Shown one piece after another: positions 57,301 to 64,000 of a DNA stretch of 64,000 nt. Origin of the DNA: Patescibacteria group bacterium (GTDB lineage Bacteria > Patescibacteriota > UBA1384 > DATEAH01). Where the stretch lies: positions 11,951 through 75,950 of the forward strand of contig DATEAH010000009.1 in assembly GCA_035288465.1 (NCBI GenBank). Direction: 5' to 3'. Made by a program: the position numbers and the translations under genes. Within the stretch, counting starts at the first letter, position 1, and every line of letters begins with the position of its first letter. The notes below the pieces were generated by a model. That model did no database searches. It had not been told where the DNA came from and saw nothing but the letters and a program-made list of their open reading frames with translations.

Positions 57301-60300
57301 CGAGAAACGTTATTTATCTGACGGCGACCCGGATGTAACTTTTGGCATTAATGGGGTGAAAACTAGTGACGCCGCCAGTAAATATGCTTTTGCAATTGCG
57401 ATTGACGCGACTCAAATGTATGTGGTGGGTCAAGATGAAACGCCGGATATTCGTATTGAAAATAGATTGCTTTCTGATGGCAGTTTGGATTTGACTTTTG
57501 GTTTAAATGGGGTGAAAACTAGCGACGCCGCAAGTGTTGTCGCCCAAGATATTGCCATTGACGACCAATATATGTATTTGACAGGGTCCAACACTACCCC
57601 GGACTGGCGAACTGAAAAACGCCTCTTATCTGATGGCAGTTATGATTTAGGTTTTGGTACTAACGGTGTTGCGACTAGTGCCTCAGCGAGTGACTACGCT
57701 TTTGGTATCGTGATTGATGCAAATGATATGTACATCGCCGGTAGTGAATACGCAGCCGATTGGCAGTGGCGGGTTGAAAAAAGAAGTTTATCTGACAGCT
57801 CTTTAAATACAATTTATGGAAGTCTTAATAATAATTACAAATTTACTCATCCGGCGGCTGGCAGCGCCATCTCTACTGGCGGTTCAGATGACCAAAGGAT
57901 GACTTTTGCCAATCCTTCAGGTGCCTCTTTTGATTATTATCTCACCTTTGGCAATGTGACTAAATACACTGGTGCGAATGCGATTCTGGTCTATTATGAA
58001 GGCAACACCTCTACTGCCAGTTTAACCTATAAAATTAAAATCTATAATTTTACCACTCCAGGCTGGGAAGATTTATCTAGCACTGTTTTTGCTAATACTT
58101 CAGATACTGCATATCAATTTGCCAAAGCTCCCATTGCCAATCTTGATGATTACATCTCTGATGGCAATATCAGGATTGGTTTTTACACCAATACCACTCA
58201 AGCTGGTACTTTTTCTGTTGATTACGTTTATGCCACCCTGGGTAGCGTGATTTCCGATGCTGGCAATTCTGAATTAACTTTTGGCGCCACCAATGGCGGC
58301 TCTTCATCATTAAATAGCCAATCCATAGATACAAGTTCAACCTCGCCTTCTACCTGGCAGATAAATACTTCAAATACCGGTGCAAATCCTTATGCTTCAG
58401 ATTGGGCAGGACAATATAGTGTCAATCAGCAAGCCACCGCTTTAATTGATTTTTCAACTACTTTAGGGAATAATACCCCCACCACTGGTATCAGATATGC
58501 TTTTCGGATGTTAACTGCTTCCACCAGTTTGACTTGGCAAGGGTATCAACAAGATTATTCGGGATTAATCGGCACTGTTGGCGGTTGGTTAGCAGCTGGT
58601 ACAACCAATAGTTCCGATTCAACATATACATATACCGAAGGCTGGAATGGCACCACTTTTAGAAATAATGAAAATTATCTCAATACTTTCGAAAATACCT
58701 TGAATTTAAAATTAAAACCGACTGCCAGTACCCGAGGTACCCAGTTAACCACCAATTGGGATTTTGCTTTTGCCTCTTTGCGTTGGTATGAAAATTCAGC
58801 CAACGCCCATTATAATTTTCAACTCACCCCAACCAATAGCAGTATTACTTTAGGTTCAGATATCGATCCTCAAGATGCGGTGCAAAATGTTGGTTCTTGG
58901 CGGGCCGCCTTAGCTTCAGATGATAATAGATGGGTAATTAAAAATGACCCTACCGCCGGACTTGATGCTAGAATCAGCCTTGATAATATTGACTTAAACT
59001 CCGGCAACAAAATGATGATTACTTATGAAGGCTCAGTCTCATATGCCTCAGCTTATTATTTTGTCCAAATTTATGACAATGTAAGTTCGGTTTGGCGAAC
59101 TTTAAATGACCGAGAAGTAGCTTTAAATAATACCACCGAAACTAGTCCATATTATTTTTCAATTTTCAACGGTTACTGGAATGATGGCGGGGGTTCTGTT
59201 AACGCGCCTTTGAGTAATTTTATCACCAACGATGCCAATAAACGGGTTCAGATTAGATTTTATTCGACGACGAACATTGTTGGATTTACCTTAGCAATAG
59301 ACCGTGTGCAGGCCGAAGTCGCGACTGATCCGGTTTATTGGCCAAGTAATTTTAATTTATCAAGCGGCAGTGATGGGATTATGGATGGCGTTGTCGCTAG
59401 TGATAGCATTCGCGCTATGGCGAAGGATACCAGCTATATGTATGTGGTAGGTAATGATAGCACTCCTGACTGGCGAGTTGAAAAAAGAAGTTTAATAAGC
59501 GGCAGTTTGGATACTGGTTTTGGCACCAATGGCGTAGCCACCGGCGCTTCGGCAAGCAACTGGGCTTATGCCATTGCTATTGATGCTAACTTTATGTACG
59601 TTGCAGGGGGTGATAGTACTCCTGATTTGCGCATTGAAAAACGCAGATTGTCTGATGGCAGTTTAGATGTAGGTTTTGGCACCAATGGCGTGGTTACTGG
59701 AGCATCGTCTAGTAATGGAATTTCGACCATTGCCATTGATTCTACCTATATGTATGTGGCTGGGTGGGATAGCACTCCTAATTGGCGCATTGAAAAACGC
59801 AGCTTGTCTAATGGCAGTTTAGATTTAGGTTTTGGCAATAATGGCGTCATTACCAGCGATTCGGATGGCGATTATGCTCAAGCTATTGCCATTGACACTA
59901 ATTTTATGTATGTGGCGGGAATAACCGGCGCTCCTAATTGGCGCATTGAAAAACGCAGCTTATCCGACGGCAGTTTAGATTTAGGTTTTGGCACCAATGG
60001 CGTAATCGCTTGCGACCCAGCAAGCAATGATCTGGGGGGGATTGCTGTAGCTGCCGGTTTTATGTATATAGCAGGTTTTGATGACACTTTTAATTGGCGC
60101 ATTGAAAAACGCAACTTATCCGACGGTACTCCGGATAATGGTTTTGGCACCAACGGTGTCGTCACCGGCGACCCGGCGAGCAACAGGGCTTATGCCATTG
60201 CCATTGATGCTACCTATATGTATGTAGCGGGACGCGATGAAAATACTAAATGGCGCATTGAAAAACGCAACTTATCCGACGGTACTCCGGATAATGTTTT

Positions 60301-63300
60301 TGGCACCAACGGTGTCGTCACCGGCGATGTAACCAGTTTTGTTGCTTTTGCCATTACTATTGATGCCAGCAAAATATATACGGCAGGTTCTGATTGGGTG
60401 GGTAACTGGCACATTGACAAAAGAGCTCTTTCTGACGGTGCCTTAGATACATCTTCTGGCTCAGGTTTTGGCAATGTTGATTATAATACTTACAAAGCCA
60501 CTCATCCAATTGCCACGACAGCAATTTCTTCGGGCGGTTCGGATGATCAATACCTAGCTGTTCAGAATATCTCTGGTCAATCGTTTGACTTTTATCTGAC
60601 TTTCGGCAATGTTGCCACCTATACCGGTGCTAATGCCCTTTTTGTTTATTATGAAGGTAAAACCTCAGCGGCAGGTTTAACCTACAAAATTAAAATCTAT
60701 AATTTTACTACCCCCGGCTGGGAGGATTTATCAGCCACGGTTTTTGCTAACACCACTGATACAGCCTACCAGTTTGCCAAGGCTCCGATTGCAAATCTCG
60801 ATGACTACATTTCGGGCGGGAATATTCGGATTGGTTTTTACACACCTTCCACCACAGCTGGGAGCTTTAGTATTGATTATCTTTATCTGATGCCGGGTTC
60901 AGTGATTGACAATGCCGCTAATTCGGAAATATCTTTTGGCACAGAAGCGGGCGGTACCGCCGCCACCGGGACGCAAAGCTTGGATACAAGCTTAGGAGCA
61001 GGCGCCGAAAATTATTGGGGAGTCACCACCGCGACAACTGCCACTAATCCTTATTTTGGCGACTGGTCAGGAACCTACAGCACAAATGATAACGGCGCCG
61101 CTAATATCTCCTTTCCGGTGACAATGCCCGCCAACGCTAAAGTGACTAACACCAGGTCTGTGGCAAGGTATTTGTCTAATTCAGCCGCAAACACGATTGA
61201 ATACGCTTTTAAAGATTATGGCGGAGCTTTGGGAACAACCGGCGGTTGGGTTGATCCGGGCGCTGTCAGCAATAACTCTTCCACTTATTCTATAAATTAC
61301 TATCGGCAAACCACAAATCCCGAAGATTTTATCAATACCTCAACTAACAAAATGAACATGAAAATCAGAACCACCGCCAGCACTGATGCTAATTTGGTCA
61401 CTTACCGCTGGGATTTTGCTTTCGTCACTTTTGCTTGGACAACCGAAGAAGATCACCCTTCGGGTTCTCATCAATTCACCGGTACAGGCGGTTCTTTAGA
61501 AGTTGGGATAGGCATGGCGTTGTCATCAACTAATTATGGCAGCTGGCGCGGGACTTTAGCGTCTGATAATGGTTACTGGCAAAACCAAAATTCAGCTTCG
61601 GGTTTAGATGTGCGAGTCAGCATCGATGGTGTTAAACTCAACAATGCCAACAAAATGATTATCACTTATGAGGGCATGGTTTCCAACGCGGCCTTAACTT
61701 ATTATGTCCAAATATATGATAATACCGCTGGTTTCTGGCGGACCCTAAATGATCGAGGCGCCCTATTAACCAGCACCACCGAATCAACTTATTATTTCTC
61801 CATCTTCGACGGTTTTTGGGGTTCAAGTACTCCCTTATCAAACTTTATCACCAGTGATGCCAACAAACGAGTTCAATTAAGAATCTATTCCGAATATACT
61901 GGCACGGCCTACACCCAATCTGTTGACCGATTCCAACTTGAGGTTGCCACGGATCCTGTTTATTGGGCTAAAGACCAGACAGTCTTGGCGGGTGGAGATG
62001 GGGTAATTACTAGTGCTGCTGATGGCTATGAAGCCACTGATGTTGCCAAAGATGATACCTATATGTATGTGTTTGGAAACAATGAATCTTTTGATTGGCG
62101 GGTTGAAAAAAGAAAGTTATCCGATGGCACCCTAGATGTTGGTTTTGGTAATAATGGTGTTGTTTCAAGCCCGGGAGCAAGTAATTATGCTGAAGCCATT
62201 ACTATTGACTCGACTTATATGTATATCGTAGGTAGTAATTGGACAACTGAGGACAAAATACGAGTTGAAAAACGTCGTTTGTCTGATGGTAGCTTAGATA
62301 TGAGCTTCGGCACAAATGGTGTAATTTTAGGTGATTCAAGTAGTTCTTATGCTTACGCCATTGATGTTGACTCAACTTATATGTACATAGTTGGAACTGA
62401 TGACACTCCTGACTGGCGAATTGAGAAACGTTATTTATCTGATGGCAGCTTAGATTTAAGTTTTGGGAATAATGGTATTATCACTTGCGATCCTTTAAGT
62501 TATGCAGCATTAGCAATTATTATTGATAATAATTTTATGTATATTACCGGGAGAGATGAAACGGCAGATTGGCGCATTGAAAAAAGGGCTCTTTCAAATG
62601 GTGATTTAGATTTAGGTTTTGGCGATCAAGGTGTAATCACCGGTGACCCGGCAGGTTTCGCGGCTAATAATCTTGCCATTAATGACACGTATATGTATGT
62701 CGTTGGAAATATCCCAACCCCTGATTGGCGCATTGAAAAAAGAGCTTTACTTGATGGTAGTTTGGACTTAAGTTTTGGCAATAATGGTGTTATTTCAGGT
62801 GATCCATCCAGTAATACTCCATATGATATTACTATTGATTCAAATTATATGTATGTTACCGGAGATCAATGGGCGGCTGGATATGACTGGCGAATTGAAA
62901 AACGAGCCCTCTCAGACGGTGCTCCAGATTTAGGTTTTGGCACCAACGGGGTGATCACCGGTGATGTAGCCACATATCGGTCTTATGGCATTGTTAAAGA
63001 CTCAAATGATATGTATGTGGTTGGGGGTGACGGTTCTGATTGGCGAATTGAAAAACGAGCCCTCTCAAATGGTGCCCTAAATACTATCTTTGGCAGTCTT
63101 AATAATAATTACAAATTTACCCACCCGGCGGCTGGCAGCGCTATTTCCACTGGCGGTTCAGATGATCAGAAGTTGGCTTATGTCAATCCTTCAGGTGCCT
63201 CTTTTGATTATTATTTAACTTTTGGCAATGTCGCTACTTATACTGGCGCAAATGCAATTTTGGTCTATTACGAGGGTATGACTTCCACCGCTAGCCTTAC

Positions 63301-64000
63301 CTACAAACTTAAGATATATAATTTTACTAATTTGAACTGGGAAGATTTATCCTCAACTGCTCTTGTCAATACGGCAGATACTGCCTATCAGTTTGCCAAA
63401 GCGCCCATTGCAAACCTCGATGATTATATCCAAGGCGGCAATATCCGGATTGGTTTTTATACCTCTACCACCCAAGCCGGCACTTTTTCTGTCGATTATA
63501 TTTATGCCACCCTGGGCAGTGTGATTTCTGATGCGGGGAATGCCCAAATCTCTTTTGGCTCAACTGACGGTTCAAGCGCTTTAAACACCCAAAACCTCGA
63601 TGCTTCTTTAGCCAGTCCTGCTGTTTATGGCGTAAATACTGCCACCACTGCCGCCAGTTTTTACGCGAATGATTATGCACCAGGTCTATATAATGTTGCT
63701 CAAAATGGGGCCGCGAATATCAATTTTAACATCACACCCACTAATAATACTTTTGTGACCGGTATTCGATATGCGGCGCGTTATCGTTCTAATTCAACTT
63801 TACTGACAGTCCAGCCTAATGTTTTTGATTACAGCGGTTTACTTGGGGTATCAGGCGGCTGGTTAGCGGTCGGCACCACCAATGCCCTTACTACCTATAC
63901 TTATTCTGAAGGTTTTCATAATGCCACGAATAATAACGCTTGGGGTTTTAATAACGATCTTTCTAATATGCGTTTGAGAACTACCGCCAGTACTTTAGGC
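54329..64000 (+). CDS. Giant repetitive surface protein (at least 3,224 aa, runs off window end) with beta-propeller repeats resembling delta-60 repeats
   Basis: GGGAGGGG RBS, ATG 54329, N-terminal hydrophobic segments; same frame still reads repeat-consistent peptide (SNMRLRTTASTLG) at 63962-64000; absent from ORF track, consistent with no stop in window. Confidence 0.88.
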   Translation, partial: MPFEIQPSFILIILAFLGIFVFWYPKTRVLIIKYSKLFWKIILICLNNLSKLYKIISIYWEKYIFVYFRTREKEQIRGLTKIAIILIIFSFILNSFGLEPDSPQKAVAGYQWTPSGGSVITGSEYNTQDAIANTPSYRALMSSDDVRWLTKYDPAAGLDKRTYIDGVQLQGANKMFITYEGYASDAAGNYTVEIYDNTDFVWRTLNWRGTAFTNTSDSTYTFEIYNGFWQSGGNPVNTPLSRFVTGDANKRVSIRVYSAVTGGRIHYWDRLQVEVGIDPVYYTNSLTKLNGWTGAITNDYTWTNYADDQRMVAANQAGTPLDFYLSYTGIQTYPSANTIFVDFQGSVSNAALTYQLQIYNFTGLSWENLNTTLLANTTETSYYFAKNNVTLADYISANEARIRIYTATGNTYTLSADRVYITVGSTNTDQGLCQVSFGTEAGGTNCSNTRTIDTSSAESTWQQTTATTAAAGYYPGDYAGTWGTNYSASANLSVPITIPDSTAVTGIKYTARFRSNVTTNTMMPSLKDMSGINTSVVGTGYAAPGGWVDVSASNALTTYSTLEPAAYTLSTSSEDFINTESDLANIRMRTSASTATGSVTRDWDFALIAIRWLADDTVAADNPQYVATSGSLQTGTAVAVGATNTASYSGTLNSENYYWQNQNSASGLDVRVNIDGVKLNNANKMIITYEGMVSNAALVYYVQIYDNTNSLWRTLNDRGAALTSITESSYYFSIFNGFWGADTPLSNFITSDANKRVQLRIYSEYKGTAYTQSIDRLQLEVATDPIYWAKDQTVLAGGDGAVTSTGTNARAFDITKDSSYTYAVGYCGNDWCIEKRRISDGSLVNDFGNNGLVIGTISSNNATALAIDATYMYIVGNTGGFPSNFYYEKRNLIDGNLDLGFGTNGVITGDPDSNMATSIVIDNSNMYVIGYDDSNNLRIEKRSLTNGTLDAGFGTNGVITGDPSSNIAEDIAIDNEFMYVVGADDTPDWRIEKRYLSDGDPDVTFGINGVKTSDAASKYAFAIAIDATQMYVVGQDETPDIRIENRLLSDGSLDLTFGLNGVKTSDAASVVAQDIAIDDQYMYLTGSNTTPDWRTEKRLLSDGSYDLGFGTNGVATSASASDYAFGIVIDANDMYIAGSEYAADWQWRVEKRSLSDSSLNTIYGSLNNNYKFTHPAAGSAISTGGSDDQRMTFANPSGASFDYYLTFGNVTKYTGANAILVYYEGNTSTASLTYKIKIYNFTTPGWEDLSSTVFANTSDTAYQFAKAPIANLDDYISDGNIRIGFYTNTTQAGTFSVDYVYATLGSVISDAGNSELTFGATNGGSSSLNSQSIDTSSTSPSTWQINTSNTGANPYASDWAGQYSVNQQATALIDFSTTLGNNTPTTGIRYAFRMLTASTSLTWQGYQQDYSGLIGTVGGWLAAGTTNSSDSTYTYTEGWNGTTFRNNENYLNTFENTLNLKLKPTASTRGTQLTTNWDFAFASLRWYENSANAHYNFQLTPTNSSITLGSDIDPQDAVQNVGSWRAALASDDNRWVIKNDPTAGLDARISLDNIDLNSGNKMMITYEGSVSYASAYYFVQIYDNVSSVWRTLNDREVALNNTTETSPYYFSIFNGYWNDGGGSVNAPLSNFITNDANKRVQIRFYSTTNIVGFTLAIDRVQAEVATDPVYWPSNFNLSSGSDGIMDGVVASDSIRAMAKDTSYMYVVGNDSTPDWRVEKRSLISGSLDTGFGTNGVATGASASNWAYAIAIDANFMYVAGGDSTPDLRIEKRRLSDGSLDVGFGTNGVVTGASSSNGISTIAIDSTYMYVAGWDSTPNWRIEKRSLSNGSLDLGFGNNGVITSDSDGDYAQAIAIDTNFMYVAGITGAPNWRIEKRSLSDGSLDLGFGTNGVIACDPASNDLGGIAVAAGFMYIAGFDDTFNWRIEKRNLSDGTPDNGFGTNGVVTGDPASNRAYAIAIDATYMYVAGRDENTKWRIEKRNLSDGTPDNVFGTNGVVTGDVTSFVAFAITIDASKIYTAGSDWVGNWHIDKRALSDGALDTSSGSGFGNVDYNTYKATHPIATTAISSGGSDDQYLAVQNISGQSFDFYLTFGNVATYTGANALFVYYEGKTSAAGLTYKIKIYNFTTPGWEDLSATVFANTTDTAYQFAKAPIANLDDYISGGNIRIGFYTPSTTAGSFSIDYLYLMPGSVIDNAANSEISFGTEAGGTAATGTQSLDTSLGAGAENYWGVTTATTATNPYFGDWSGTYSTNDNGAANISFPVTMPANAKVTNTRSVARYLSNSAANTIEYAFKDYGGALGTTGGWVDPGAVSNNSSTYSINYYRQTTNPEDFINTSTNKMNMKIRTTASTDANLVTYRWDFAFVTFAWTTEEDHPSGSHQFTGTGGSLEVGIGMALSSTNYGSWRGTLASDNGYWQNQNSASGLDVRVSIDGVKLNNANKMIITYEGMVSNAALTYYVQIYDNTAGFWRTLNDRGALLTSTTESTYYFSIFDGFWGSSTPLSNFITSDANKRVQLRIYSEYTGTAYTQSVDRFQLEVATDPVYWAKDQTVLAGGDGVITSAADGYEATDVAKDDTYMYVFGNNESFDWRVEKRKLSDGTLDVGFGNNGVVSSPGASNYAEAITIDSTYMYIVGSNWTTEDKIRVEKRRLSDGSLDMSFGTNGVILGDSSSSYAYAIDVDSTYMYIVGTDDTPDWRIEKRYLSDGSLDLSFGNNGIITCDPLSYAALAIIIDNNFMYITGRDETADWRIEKRALSNGDLDLGFGDQGVITGDPAGFAANNLAINDTYMYVVGNIPTPDWRIEKRALLDGSLDLSFGNNGVISGDPSSNTPYDITIDSNYMYVTGDQWAAGYDWRIEKRALSDGAPDLGFGTNGVITGDVATYRSYGIVKDSNDMYVVGGDGSDWRIEKRALSNGALNTIFGSLNNNYKFTHPAAGSAISTGGSDDQKLAYVNPSGASFDYYLTFGNVATYTGANAILVYYEGMTSTASLTYKLKIYNFTNLNWEDLSSTALVNTADTAYQFAKAPIANLDDYIQGGNIRIGFYTSTTQAGTFSVDYIYATLGSVISDAGNAQISFGSTDGSSALNTQNLDASLASPAVYGVNTATTAASFYANDYAPGLYNVAQNGAANINFNITPTNNTFVTGIRYAARYRSNSTLLTVQPNVFDYSGLLGVSGGWLAVGTTNALTTYTYSEGFHNATNNNAWGFNNDLSNMRLRTTASTLG
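56740..63085 (+). repeat. Three blocks of seven ~156-nt (52-aa) tandem repeats (approx. 56740-57810, 59395-60440, 62020-63085)
   Basis: Consensus A..IAID..YMYVAG.D...DWRIEKR.LSDG.LD.GFGTNGV.TGD; 156-nt periodicity of CGCATTGAAAAA. Confidence 0.9.

Noticed and set aside
56740-63085. CRISPR array
   Set aside because: 156-nt period is a multiple of three, in frame and degenerate at codon level; no cas genes
55197-63680. Short ORFs listed by the track inside the giant gene
   Set aside because: Alternative-frame or antisense fragments of the long open frame starting at 54329
1-64000. Alternative genetic code (TGA = Gly, as in some CPR lineages)
   Set aside because: TGA cleanly terminates conserved genes such as lexA and nusB, and genes are full length under the standard code

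Overview
AT-rich bacterial chromosome segment using the standard code (TGA is a stop). Gene content points to Patescibacteria (CPR); this is inference. Supporting features are the GAD-less AspRS, the NUDIX-inserted LeuRS, a Rel protein ending at TGS, a partial glycolysis cluster with bifunctional PGI/PMI, a sortase, a PEGA protein and a giant surface protein. The backbone is housekeeping: pheT, aspS, rnc, nusB, rpmF, leuS, cca, acsA, purN, two gpmI paralogues, eno, murA, mreB, nusA, clpC, rel, hisS, lexA, three tRNAs and a TdeIII-like type II R-M pair. Four things are not explained by the ORF track. (1) A ~1.05-kb GC-rich, ORF-poor, densely base-paired segment (37.47-38.53 kb) behind a consensus sigma70 promoter is a candidate large ncRNA. 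(2) Dispersed ~110-135-bp imperfect palindromes built from ~7-nt units abut the RBSs of rnc, nusB, rpmF, nusA and lexA, are translated inside genes, and in one case enclose a four-helix-bundle (Avd-like) gene. (3) Orphan-gene cassettes each carry their own consensus promoter, often a boxA-like motif, and a long terminal hairpin. (4) An ORF of at least 3,224 codons runs from 54329 off the window end, built of large modules with inserted 7-bladed beta-propeller repeats. All family assignments come from motif recognition by eye; no database searches were run.
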